Part shown: in pieces, positions 12,607 to 27,977 of the stretch
How the letters are laid out: every line of letters begins with the position of its first letter
Numbering within the stretch: position 1 is the first letter of the stretch
Origin: Zygnema circumcarinatum SAG 698-1b
Lineage: Eukaryota > Plantae > Zygnematophyceae
Length of the DNA: 64,000 nucleotides
Assembly (NCBI GenBank): GCA_037447605.1
Contig: CM074806.1
Location: 3,720,001-3,784,000, forward strand
Direction: 5' to 3'
Translations under genes and position numbers: made by a program
The notes under the pieces: generated by a model
What the model saw: the letters and a program-made list of their open reading frames with translations, nothing else
Databases searched by the model: none
What the model was told of the DNA's origin: nothing

Positions 12607-13559
12607 AAACAAACATTTTGCAGTTTTGACCCATGCCGTGTGCCGACATGCTTCCGGCCCATATTCACTGTCGTAGCCAATCTCTCGGTCTCTAGCCGGG
12701 TTCGCTTTGGCATTTCGTCCATTTTGGGAGCAGCAGGGTCAATTCACTTAGGGCCGACAGTTTCTAGTGGCAGTGGAATTCAGTTATGCCCAAAAGTTGT
12801 AATGGAGTTCGGTTTGAACTTGTTGTATGGCTGTGTTGTATCATGCCTTGCTTGGCGGAGAATAATGAAGGACGCAAACAACGGGTTTTGCAATAGCTTT
12901 TCACTTTTGTGCTGTTGTTCTCGCTATGATTTCACGTGTAGCTGAAAAGTTTCTCGAACCTTATTCTTATAAGATCCTCAATGCCAATCTGAATTCAATT
13001 AGACAGAGCTTGAGAAAAGAAGTCCTACACTTTTTGTTCAACACGAATCCTAATACGAAACCAATTGAGCATTGAGCAATTAACAACAGGTCGTTCAATT
13101 TGGTATTCTCTGGATCCACAGCTCAACAAGGAGACTTTGGCGCGTAAACCCAGAGGTCATAGTCAATTTTTACCCACCAAAACGTACAAACTAATTCAAT
13201 CAGTTGAAGTCTGAAGTTTGAACGTGAATTTCCAATCTGAATCTGAGTTCATATTCTCAACCTATATGGTGCGGCCCATTTAGCTTTTCCGACGATGCAG
13301 GAACCTCCGTGCCCCTGATCATGGCCGACCCCTCCTGCGTGCTAAGCCATGGCTTCCCCTTTGGGAAAAATGGTGCCGTGCAGTGACGGATTGCAAATGG
13401 AGGAACGCATATGGAAGCGTTAAATTATTTTATTCTCGCTTGCTTCTCCTCTTCTCGGGGGCTCTGTTGTGAAAGTGCTGCAGTTGTGGAGCGAAAGCAT
13501 GCTGCAGCAGTGAAAGGAAGGATATCCTGTTTCGTAGTCATAGGTTCAGCAGTCAGGAT

Positions 13560-16500
13560 ATGGGGAGCCCTCCGCCTCATCGCCACGATGGCCGTTCTCC
13601 ACTTCCTCTTGGAATGGATGCGAGCAGGCCGCCAGCCGTCTGGGTGAGTGAAGAACAGGCGTTTCGTAAGGAACTGTACTAAGCAGAAGAATGTCGGATG
13701 CGAGTGTCGACTTGTCAATGCTATTCTGGTAGTACTGCCAGCGTTGCACGAGTAAACCAGGAATATTTGTCCCTGCCCCTATACAGCATTTTTTCAGCAG
13801 GTAGGAAGGTGGATCGTATGATTCCATAGATATGAATTCTCAGTCAAGGTTCAGTTCTTACAGTTCATGTTTTTACAGCGGCATGCTTCTATCTTTGCCC
13901 TCTATAATCACACATCTTCCCGCGAAGATATGCCTACCTTAATGACAACTTTTCAAGTGCAGAAACTGCTGCTTCACCTCGTCCTTATATTGCATGTAGG
14001 AAGGGATTTTTAGTTAGTTATCTCAGAAAGTAAGAGCTGTCGTTAAAGAGGATTCTTGCTAAGTCCGGCAAAGTTCTCCTCGTTAGATGTGCTGATCAGC
14101 GGGAGGACCTTGCTATCGGCAAGTTCTTCTGTTAATGAACGACTGCTTTTATTATTTCCAAGATGTCTATTGTGTTACCATTTACGGCTGCTGGCTCAGC
14201 GGTATCGCATGTTCTGGTCGATATCTTAATTCCAACATATGCTCTGCTGGTGCTCAAGCGCCAAGTGCAGTTCTTTCTGTCTTCGGTTTTGCCAATCGAC
14301 AATGTAACCTAACAGATGTATCCCCTTATCTATCCAGAAGGGAAGGCACAGTGTTTGGCCCCATGAGCCTCGCAGCGGCTGGAGCTTCTGCGTCACAATC
14401 CCCTCATGGACAACTCCTCCACCATCGAGGATGGCAGGCCAGGATTCCACTCCCATAGTGGTAAGTTCCACACACTTCGCTTGACTTTATCTGGCGAAGA
14501 CCAATTAAAAAGAATGCATAGGTCAGTGAAAGGTCAGTGTTAGGTCCTATGCATCCATTCTTTTCAATACATCTAAGAGGTGAGACTTAGCAATGACCCC
14601 AGTAAACAATAATTGATATTCAACATTGCTCGTTGTTATGTAACTCCAAGGAACAAGAAGCGATGATATGTCGTCCGAGCTGTATCCATGACCTTCTGAA
14701 ATAAGGCCGATATCACGTAGCTTCCATACCAATGCACGAATACCAAAAATACCAAAAATACCAATGCACGCGGCATGTAACGTTCCGCGAAGGAAGAAAG
14801 CTCTAGTGAAATATGAGGCCATGAAAGCATCAGATTGAATTACTCTCCTGTTTTAGAATTACTCTCGTAGTTGTCCAGAAGGGGTTTCTAAGGACGTCAT
14901 GGAGGTCCTGTATGGCTTTGCCAAAAATGCGTGTTTGAACGATCGAGTTGAAAGTCCGGTTAATCTGAAAAGATTCAGTCAGGCAATAAAGAAGAAGAAC
15001 GTTGGAGGTTACAGGAATCTGACACCCCTTATTGATCCGCGTGCTGGCCTTCAGTTCTATCGAGTCCATGTCGGAGTGCAGTCGCCACAGGGCATTAGCA
15101 ATCTGCGTCCGACACTTCGCCGCTTTAGTGACTTCATGAAATTGCACGCTGCGGTGAGTGGTGTCCTTTCATCGCTCTTCTTAGCTTGTCTTGACTCGTA
15201 TAGGTTTTTACTTTGCTTGGCCTGCAATTAAGATTGTGGAAGTCTTAGGCAAAAAGGTAGGATTAGTGCTTAGGTATCTCGTATCCTGAATGCGAAATTG
15301 TACTTTTAGTCTCGTCTGGTCGTCTCATTTCGTCACGAAAGGGGAATCACTTGTGTTTCACAAACCCGGTATTGGCCTTTCGCCACTGGTCTTCTAACTT
15401 GTTGTTCTGGGCTACTTCCTGCGTGCAGCTTAAGCGCCTTTTCCCAAGGAAACGGCTTCCAACTCCTCCTCCTAAGAACGCGCTGCTGCGTGTTAGCTCC
15501 AATCGGAGCGCAGTTGAAGAGGTAGGCACATCTTGCCTGTTGGCCCCAGTATTGTACATTTCCCTTGTGGCAGGCACATGTTCACGTTGTTTGGGAAGGA
15601 GTTGCACTCCGTTGAATTGGTACTGTTATCTAGTTTCTACAAAAACCATGGTCAACTGAGACTTTAACAAGTGCCCTTTCTGCCATTTCTGTATGAGGAG
15701 GATGGCTTGGGTCCAACTGAAAACATGAAGTCTGTAACACAGGTAAATTAATCAGAGAGCAGCTAATCACATAAAATTTTTGTGTGGGGAGAGCAGCGAA
15801 AGCGGCTATTGGAGGAGTGGATGGCAAGCTTGTTGGATGACATTGAAGTGGCACGAAGCGCACCGATGGCTGCCTTCCTTGAACTTGATGCAGCTGCCCG
15901 CGCTGGTAAGAAATAAAATCATAGAAACTCAGTCCAGCTGTTTTTTTTTTTTTTCCTTTGTTGCACATTGCCCATTCTTTTTGTCTATTCAGGCGACAAC
16001 AGTGCGATTTTTTAAGGAGGTGCATTTTCATCAGAGCTTGAGGAACTAGCTTTGTGACTAAATTTGTGCTATTATGTGGCATATGCTGTATGCTCCTTTG
16101 TTGATTCCCGTTTATTCCCGCTTTAGCTGTTGTTTGCTTGATCCTACAGTTTTCAGGCTGCATGAGTGTTTACATTGGTGGCCATGGTGGTGGTGTTCAG
16201 CTATCCTTGCCGTTGAGCAAGACATGGCAGCGGCAATAGCAGAGGATGCTCCGAGTGATGTTCGTGCAGAAGCCATCGTGACGAACGAGCGACGAGTGGC
16301 AAGCATAGAATCTAGTATCTTAAGATCACGTGAGGGACTGGAAGGAGATTCAGAATCTTCGCATACCTCGGGGGGCTTCGTGGTGAGCGACAGTTATGGC
16401 AGTGAAGCGGATGGAAGGCAACCGGGGGAAAGTGACAGAGAGGAGGCTGACATAAGAGCTGGTGGGAAGGAAGTAGATGTGGAGATGAAGCAAATATTGA

Positions 16501-19093
16501 GAGAGAGATACGAAGGAGAGGAGACTGTTGAGTCAAGAACCGCAGTAGAAAACTTGTCAGAGGGGGAGAAGCAACCGGCAGAGAGTTCGGTATCGCCAAT
16601 GCGGATGGGGGAATGGCTGAACGATAATAGCTTATGGGAAGATTCCAAATCTGAGGTCGACATAGGAAAGTCGCTTAGTGAAAGCAGTGGCGCAAACTTG
16701 GCTTTGGAAAGGGACGCAGGAGGAAATAATGCAGAGACAGGCTCAGCCGAGGGTTTGGGAAAAAATGCCATAAGTCTGGGGGAGCCTCTCGAAGTTCAGA
16801 GGGGCTTGAGAAGAGTGAACGTGATGACACCATCTACTGATGGCTTTGTTAGTGAACCCAACTCCGCATTAAGAAGTGAACAGGCGTTCTCAGCTTGGGG
16901 AGGAACAGGGCCCTCAAACTCACCTTCCAGCTCTACTCGAGGCTCGGAAGTTGGAGATGGGGCTTTGTTTGGCCCTAGAGGAGAAGGGGTCCAAGTTGGT
17001 AAGGCTGAGCATCTGGAAGAAGGATCGCTCCTTGGCGGGGTGCGGTTGATCTTGCCCTCTGATCAAAGGGCCATAGTGAAGAAAAATATAGGTGCCCTGC
17101 GGAGGAGACTTACTACCGCAATGGCAGACATGGAAGAGCTCGTCGCTCGGCTTGGGCAGGAGACGGCAGTGAGAGAGTTTTTGGCAAGCAAGGTTAGAGC
17201 AAGTCTGAACTGATGAACATAGCAATTGTCCGCTGCTTCTATTGTTTTGATGGGTGGCAAAGACCACTTGCAAGTCATATCAGAGGGAGGCTTGGAAGGG
17301 AAGAAGTCCGTTTATTTCTGGCTTCACAAGCAGTATTCAGTGAAGTGTATGTGCTCATGGTGGTGGGGGGGAATAGTAGAAAGGAGAAGCGATTTCTGTA
17401 TGTGAAGTTAGAACTTCTTCATTCTTTGTGGAGAGGTTGGTGCTTGCAGGTGAAGGAACTGGAAGGGGATTTGGACAGGGAGAGACGGAAAGGCCAAGAA
17501 GCCCTTGAAGTGGCAGCCCTAACAGAGCATGAGCGAGTGACAGAGCTGAAATGGGATGTGGAGGAAGCACGCACAGCTATGCTCAGCGCTCAGGAGGCTT
17601 TGGACAGATCACAGGTCAGTTGAGAGCAAAATGCTGCAAAACTCTGTAAAACCCGGAGCCCTGAAGGAAACCGTTTATTTTTTTGCAACTGACAATTGGG
17701 GAGCTCCCTATTAGTTAAGGACTTCGTTATAGTTCCTTTTGCTTTCTCATTCGTGTTGCTCAAGTCTGCTCACTGGTCCGCTTGGAAAATTTACAGGCTG
17801 CACGGGAGGAGGTGGAGGATCAGCTGAAAGAATCGGAGGCTGCTAGAGCTGCATTGGAAGCGGAATTGCTCAGGTCAAAAGAAACTCAAGATGAAGCTGT
17901 GAAGCGGCAGGACGCTGCAGAAGGGCAGGCACGGGCAGACAAAAAGGTTCTTGTGAAGGAGGTGAAGACTTTACGAAGCACTATTTCTGAGCTGCAAGAC
18001 GCGGCGAATGCGGCTGTGAAAGATCGGGACGAGCTTCAGGTACGGGAAAAAGAGCATGATTTGTCATTGTAGCAAGTAGCAAGTAAGAACAGATGTTTCA
18101 TAAGCTGGCCAGTATCGAAAATGAGCAGCCGTCGCACGCTGTAAAGCACCTTCTATTAGGTGATGGGCAGATAGTTAGCATCCGCCCGAACATGGTTTCT
18201 AAAGTTGCACCATACGGCTGCTGCTTAATCCAAAGGGGCGTCCTTGTGAGTTGGGAGGGGGGTTTGACTCACTCCCTAAGTACGCTGTGTTACAACATGG
18301 CTGATGCAGGCTCAACTGACTGCTGAACGGGAACGGTCCAAAAGGCAGAGAATGCAGAGAGCCAAACTTATGCATGAGGTGCTTGCCCTTCGCCGGAGGC
18401 TTAGCGAGTGCAGCGTTGAGCAGCTTGCACGGGAGGAGGCCCCTCAGGCAGGAGCACGAGAAGATGTGGTGGAACTGCTGGGAACTTCAGATGCACGGAT
18501 AGGACTTCTCATGGCAGAGGTGAGGGTGCAGTCCATCTTGCGGTTATTGTTGCTCTGCGATCAATTCTTATGCCATATTCCGTCACAGGAATCGGAAGGG
18601 CTTGCCCATGCGTCCCATTCTGGATTCTTATTTGCCGGATGCTTCTCAGAGTTTCCTGTTCGTGTACTGATTGAGAGACATTTATGTGCTTGATGGATAA
18701 CAGGCTCAACTGCTGGTACAAGATGAAGGGGAGGAGTCAGATTCAGAGCCTTTTAGGAATAACTTGCCACGTGGCGCCTGGGCAAACGGTTCGCCGAGTG
18801 AAGGCTCGGCTTCAAAGGTAGAGGGGGCAGAGCAGAAAGTGGTATTCGGAGGTGTTGGAGAGGCCGGAGAGGAGTCAGAGGCGGACTTCAGAGAAGCAGC
18901 GAGATACGGAGGTGGAGGGTCGAGAGAGAGTTTGAAGGGCTCTGAGACAGAGATGAGGAGATTGGTCGCAGACATCCTGACTGACAATGCGCAGCTTAGG
19001 AAAGCTGTGAACTCACTCACTCGCCAGGCTGTGCTCATGGCCAGTCAGGCAGATGTTCCTCCCCGGAAGAGCGCGCTGAATCGGTTTTTATAG
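13560..19093 (+). CDS. PX-domain coiled-coil protein, EREX/EREL-like; exons 13560-13643, 14338-14460, 15055-15153, 15429-15521, 15797-15905, 16201-17192, 17450-17614, 17797-18039, 18310-18519, 18704-19093
   Basis: [101 protein letters not shown] and [10 protein letters not shown] match the recalled EREX family pattern. GT-AG junctions are in frame. Confidence 0.88.
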
Positions 19094-19784
19094 GGATTCC
19101 AAATCCGGAATGTTAATGGTCTTCAATCCGTCGCATTTTAATTTTTTGAATCTGTATATTCCTGCGTCCCGACAGTAGAGCGAGCACTAGGTTAGGTCTT
19201 AGACCCTCATTGGTAGTAGCTGTATCAAACGAGAAAAGGGACGCTCCCCTGCTGTTATTTTAGAAACTGGTATCGTGAAATCCCTTGTAAGTCCTTTAAG
19301 TAGGCTGGGCGTGTACATGCTATGGCTGCTTGCTTGCACAAGCAGCCATTGTTGCGTAGAAAAATCTGCATTTGTACAGTCCAATTGGAGATATGATTGA
19401 GTGGCTAGCCAACAAGTTGTGATCAATCTGAATGCATAAAATGCTCGTTGTATGAACAATGGGTAAGCAGGTGACTTTCCGTTTTGCAGCATTGGTTTAG
19501 TCAATGTCGACGAGGTCGATGATGATGGCAGGCGAGAGGGATGTGAATGTTATTTAGAGAATCTAAATCTTCAAACAAAATATGGAAAAAAACAGCTCAG
19601 TTCCATCGTTATAAAAAAAAGCAGCAATCGCTCATTTCAAGAAAAAAAAATAATTGAGTACAGCCTTGTGGAAGCAGAATGCATCATCAAGAGGGTTACC
19701 TGCTGATCGTCCTGAGCTTTTCTCGTCCCTCCAGAAGTTCCATTCTGACAAATAGCGCTCAGCTGCTGCAGTCTCTGCTCCGCC

Positions 19785-21549
19785 ATGATCGCTCCCCCTC
19801 TCTGCAGCAACTTCGTTTATCACGGCCATCATGGCTCGCGAAAGGCCTTTAGAAATAAGGAAGTGGAGCCATTTTGCAGAAGCTCCGTGCATGCAGGCTT
19901 ACGGAAAGCGCAATGTGGAGTGACTGTGGAAACAGGCGGTGAACGCCCATCAGAACAAAGAGCCTCGACAAGGTGGGTGCATTACCCAGCCTTAACGATT
20001 TTCAAAGGGAAAAGTTTGGCCTCCAGGTAGATGAAATTGACTCGCCTGGTCGGCCAAAGTGTTACTGACTGGAAAGTCTCCGATGAAGGCTACAGACTTC
20101 CGACAGCAGCAGATGCATTGTTTCGGCGCATCCTCTACCAGTGACACCCCATATTGTGCTTGAGAATAGACAGGCTTTACGCATGAGTCTTATCGATAGT
20201 TATTTACAATCGCTTCCAGATTTTATGTCACAGGTGAACTTCGTGAATAAACGACGTGTTTTCTAGACTGCTCGTCGCTCCTTGTCCTTGAGCCTCTCAG
20301 CACTATACTTGCAGGCAGAAGAGTGTGATGATGGTTAATGAAATTTTTTGACGCAGCTCCGTTTTTGTGCAGACAGGATGGGAGGCTCTTTGGTCCTCTT
20401 GAAGATGGGGCTGGCTGGTTTGATGATGCTTGCTTATTTCAGCCGATTGTAGTAAAGCCATCAACAAAAACCTCGGAGCCAAATCAATGGCGAATGTACT
20501 ACTACGGCAGAGAAGGTGACACGTGGCAGAATGGCGCCGCTCCGGCTCTTATCACAACCGGGAGCGTGGGCATGACTGTGAGCAGCGACGGCATTCAGTG
20601 GCAGAGATATGAAGGCGACCTGCCAGGTGGTGCAATTTTCACTGCTCGAAGTTTGAGCACGCGAGAGTCTGCATTTGATGAATTGCATGTCGGCTGTGGA
20701 GACGTTTTAGTGCTAGAGGAATCTTTAACCACGGCTGCAATTGTAGATAGGCAAAAAAAATGGTGGCTCTTTTATTTCGGAGGCTCGGCAGAAGAGGTGG
20801 AGGTGTTTCCAGGCCGCAAAGCAAAAGGCTTCCGAATGCGCTGCGGACTCGCCCGCTCTACAGACGGAACTTCGTTTTCTCGAGAAGAGAAAGCTGTGTT
20901 GGATGTTGGGCCGGAGGGTGCCTGGGATGAGCTCTTTGTTGCATGGCCAAGAATCTTTTCAAGGCAGACATTGCAGATTGCTGCAGCACATAGGCAGATT
21001 GAGGCAGGCTCCTCAGCAGGTGCGGCTGCCATCTCAGGTGATGAGCCACCATGGATCATGACATACAGCGCCATTGAGCGAACCATGCCTCCGCGATCTT
21101 CTATTGGAATAGCAGTGTCTGGAGACCTGAAATCCTGGACTAAGATAGGCAAAGTCCTGGAGGGAGGCCCTCCGGGGTCTTGGGATGAGGGAGGTGTGAG
21201 TCGCCGCCATGTCCTAAAAGTGGATGACTTATTTGTGATGTTTTATGAGGGAGTCAGTCGGGATGGCTTCCATGCCATTGGCGTGGCGACCTCAAAGGAT
21301 GGCCTGGAATGGACGAAGGATGCCCCAGAGGAAGGGGGGGAAGGAGGAGGCCCTGTCTTTGGTCCACGAAAGGGGCAGGATGCATGGGACAATGCTGTGG
21401 TGGCCTGCCCCCATGTGGTGCCCATGGACGATGGCAGCTTCAGGATGTACTACGCCGGCCAGGACTCGAGCAAGAAGACGCAGGCCATTGGAGTGGCGGT
21501 AAGTCATGGCTCCAATTTTCGGCAATGGTCGAGGTATCAGCACTCGTGA
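19785..21549 (+). CDS. Five-bladed beta-propeller glycoside-hydrolase-like protein (GH32/43/130 fold), possibly organelle-targeted; exons 19785-19972, 20373-21549
   Basis: Five blade repeats (WFDDACLFQP, AFDELHVGCG, AWDELFVAWP, SWDEGGVSRR, AWDNAVVACP), most followed by W/F-x-M/L-Y/F-Y...G-x-A/T-x-S-x-D-G. A phase-2 GT-AG intron joins a transit-peptide-like first exon; exon 1 is less certain. Confidence 0.75.
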
Positions 21550-22338
21550 AAGCGCTCCTTAAGATTAAGATTATGGGAGAATGATGACTGGTTGAATGTG
21601 TATGTTAAGTGCTGTTCAGCGGCCAGCACTGTTCAGGGACGTGTGGCGAAGTGGCTTCGTAGTTGAAGATGTTGCGGGTTGAGGTGGGCTCTGACATTCA
21701 CCCAGAAGTGTATCCTAATGTTCCACAGAACGACGTCCAAAGCTAAAGTGAATAAGGATCTGTTTTCATGGTCCAACTTTCTTCAACTTCCTCAACTTCA
21801 ACCTTTGGAATGGTTTGCAACCATTGATTAGCGATCCAACCAACTGTTGCCAATCGTTGCAACCATTGGAATGGCTGCGAACCATTGATTTGCGACCCAA
21901 GCAACCATTACCAAATGTTGAGCAGGTTCGGAGCTGGGTCCATCTTGAACATGTCTTCGGAGACCAATTTGTTCATAAGTCGAACGCTTGTCCAATGCCA
22001 CCCTACCACCAGGCATGTTGAACAATTGATCAATATATTTGAATTGTTGAATGTTCAACTGGAAACAGAACATTGATAACTCAAGGTCGACTTTCCTTCA
22101 GATTGAACAATTAAACAACAAAAAAAAAAAGTAAAAAAAAAAGGGTAGTGTTATTTCCACCCCTTTTTTGGATCAAAAGATTCAAAACAGCCCTTCTCGG
22201 CCGGCAGATTTTAAAAAGGCTTAAAAACGGAAAATGCTTTTATCACTCCTTTCTAGAATCGATACCCACCTTTTTCCGTCAGCAGATTTTATTTTTGCAA
22301 AACAAAGAAAATGATACCCAGTGACCCCATTTTATATA

Positions 22339-23125
22339 GGGTAGTGATATTTCCACCCCTTTTTTGGATCCAAACACCCCTTCCCGGCCGGGCAGATTTC
22401 AAAAGGGATTAAAAACAGAAAATGCTTTTTTCACACCTTTTTGGAATCGATACCCACCTTCTTCCGTCGGCTGATTTTATTTTTGCTAACCAAGGAAAAT
22501 ATCCGTCACCGCATTTTGGAATACCGTATCCCGCCTCCCTGAATTTTTTTTTGAGGGAAAGAAATATCTGCTTGCCCGAATCCGCTCGGATCGGAAGATC
22601 CGTCCGCCACGAGATCGTTCGCGGTTGTCCGTCCTTCACACGTGCGTTTCAATCGCATCTGTCGATTTCCCTCGCAGATCGCACCACTGCAGATCACCGT
22701 TCGATCTGCAGCCGGGCTCGATCTTAGCGAATGGAAAGCGCCCACGAGTCCCGTCAAAGCCAAACCGCACGTGCGAGTGCGCGCGTCCCTCGGCCCGAGA
22801 TCTCGTCATTGTTACCTCCCAGCCAATCAACATCTGCCACGTGTTACATTTTTGACGTGGAAAATTTTGATTGGTCTAAGATCTCAATGTACGAAATTTT
22901 GGGTTCCTCAAATTGCGACCGTACGAAATTTGTACGGACAACGTTTTGAGACGACTTTGGCGGGATACGTGGGCACGTGCCATGCGCTGTGACCGAGCCC
23001 GACTGCAGATCAAATAGTGATCAAATAGTGATCTGATAGTGATTTCCGTTTTTAATCCTTTTTGAAATCAGCCCGGCCGGGAAGGGGTGTTTGGATCCAA
23101 AAAAGGGGTGGAAATATCACTACCC
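22339..23125. mobile_element. Second copy of the same TIR family inserted inside the first
   Basis: Ends GGGTAGTGATATTTCCACCCC and GGGGTGGAAATATCACTACCC. Flanks TTTATATA (22331-22338) and TTTAAATA (23126-23133) form an 8-bp TSD with one mismatch. Confidence 0.75.
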
Positions 23126-23133
23126 TTTAAATA

Positions 23134-23290
23134 GGGGGTGTCAGACTTAACAAAATCTTACGAAAAGCGTTACGAAAAAAAAGGTTACGAAAGTACTCCG
23201 CCGCAGGAGGATCGCGATTATACTGGAGTACTCGTTCTGATGTCAAACTTACGAACACGCGTACTGAAATTTTTTAAGTCTGACACCCCC
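23134..23290. mobile_element. 157-bp MITE with TIR GGGGGTGTCAGACTTAA and TA flanks
   Basis: Perfect 17-bp TIRs, TA on both sides, and internal TTACGAA repeats. Confidence 0.75.
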
Positions 23291-23754
23291 TAATATCTCG
23301 CATGTGCGAGCCGATTTTAGCGGGACACGTGGGCACGTGACATTCACTGGGACCGAGCCCGAACTGTGATCTGACGTGGTGCGAGCTGCGAGGAAATCGG
23401 CGGCTGAGGTTCACCGCAGTGTGGACGGACACCCGCGAACGATCTCGTGGCGGACGGATCTTCCGCTCCGAGCGGATTCGGGCAGGCTGATATTTTTTCT
23501 CTCAAAAAGAAAATCAGGGGGACGCGATATTCAAAATGGGGTGACGGAATATCATTTTCCTTGTTTTGCAAAACTAAAATCTGCCGACCGAAAAAGGTGG
23601 GTATCGATTCCAAAAAGGAGTGGAAAAAGCATTTTCCGTTTTTAAGCCTTTTAAAATCTGCCCGGCCGGGAAGGGCTGTTTTGATCCAAAAAAGGGGTGG
23701 AAATAACACTACCCAAAAAAAAGTTCACAAATTCCCCCACAAACCCAACGAGAA

Positions 23755-24315
23755 GAACCATGCACAGTTCGGACCAGTGGATCGGCAACCATTGGACAAC
23801 CATTGGATGGCAATGGTTGGACGTCTACTGGTTGGCAATCAGTCCACTGGTTGGCAACCAGTCGAATGGTTGTTTCGGTCCGCAACCACTGGTTGGCAAC
23901 CAGTCGAATGGTTATATCCATTAAATCAAATGGTTGGCAACCATTAAATCACTAGTTGTAGCGAACTGAACGCTACAGTTACCAAAATGCCGTCGGCGTT
24001 TCGGAGAAAACTATTACGGTTCGGCCGTACAGAATCCCCGTACAACCGTACGATTCGGCTGTACGATTTCGTACGCAGCTGTACGCATCACGGCATCAGG
24101 CTTGTTACACTAGTTGTCAACGGTTGGCAACCAACCAAAAAACACAAACGACCCATTTTTGCAAAAAGGCATAATTTCAGAAATTCAATGGTTGCCAACC
24201 ATTGGATCACTGGTTCCGAACCAGTCGAATGGTTGTTTCAGTCCTGCGCCACTGGTTCGCAACCAATCGAATGGTTGTTTCGGTCCGCAACCACTGGTTG
24301 CCAACCAGTCGACTG
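23755..24315. repeat. Array of ~42-bp units, each containing the palindrome ACTGGTTG-N-CAACCAGT, plus TGGTTG/CAACCA sub-repeats
   Basis: Unit CCACTGGTTGGCAACCAGTCGAATGGTTGTTTCGGTCCGCAA occurs twice at ~23843-23910 and three times at ~24210-24312. Related CAACCATTG-rich segments lie at 21810-21910 and 28372-28590. Confidence 0.8.
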
Positions 24316-25184
24316 GTTTGTCTAATGGTCCGATCTGTGGAACCATGCAAAGGGGTCCGACGAAGGGTCGAAAATGATAGTACGGTACGGTCACATGATA
24401 ACCTGATGGTACAGATGTACGGTCGCGCTGTGGTACGGTAGTACGAACATACGGCCACCACTATCCCTACGGGCGCAGATCCACCGGTAGATCCCCACGC
24501 TCGAGAACGACCTGCCCGAAAGGACCGCCATGTTGACCGCGGTTGACCGCCGGCACCCAGGCCGTACAACAAAACGGCCCCTGCGATTGGCTGCGCGGAG
24601 GGCGGCAGTTGGTGGACCTGTACGGCCGCCGCTTTTGCCGGCTTGATTTTGGACTGTAGTGTGGCGTGGCGGCAATTTGACTGCGGACGATTCGCGATCG
24701 CGTGCAGATCGGATCATTAAATGATCATGATATACCGCTGGCCGCTCGCCACGTGGCGTCGGCGGGTCGTCAACTGCCAGTTTCGGATGTACGGCCGCGC
24801 CGCCCGGTCAGACCACGAGGACAAGATGTCGGAGGGCGTGCCTTCGCCGCAAGCGACAACGCGCACCGACAGGCAGGTCGGCCGGCCGCCACGTGGCGCA
24901 TTGACCGGCGAGTCTTGGCGCAGCGGCCACCGACATCGCCGCCACACGCGCAGCCATCGCGACGCGCTGCTGACCGATCGGACGGCCCAGATTGTACTGA
25001 TTCGTACGTTACTTGGAGCTTTGGACTTCCGTACGTGGCCCTTCGTACACAGTACGGCCCACTATGCACTCAGAAGACCGGCAAGAGAGAGAGAGACGAC
25101 GATAGAGAGAGCGAGAGAGAGTCAGAGAGCGACGCAGGCCACTCCTGATCCTGCGAGGAGGGAGGGAGGAGGGAGCAGGCAGCC

Positions 25185-27977
<2,793 letters not shown>

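Larger units (their letters stand above)
22143..23714. mobile_element. Non-autonomous long-TIR DNA transposon (MULE- or hAT-like), outer element of a nest
   Basis: Ends GGGTAGTGTTATTTCCACCCC (22143) and GGGGTGGAAATAACACTACCC (23714), with inverted similarity over ~190 bp. Flanked by A-runs compatible with an 8-bp TSD, which is ambiguous because it is poly-A. No transposase ORF. Confidence 0.75.

Noticed and set aside
23950-24117. CACTAG ends as a CACTA transposon
   Set aside because: The two copies are direct, not inverted, and there is no terminal TAGTG or 3-bp TSD.
23843-24312. 42-bp palindromic repeat array as a CRISPR array
   Set aside because: The segments between repeats are ~11 nt and nearly identical rather than unique spacers, there are no cas genes, and the context is eukaryotic.
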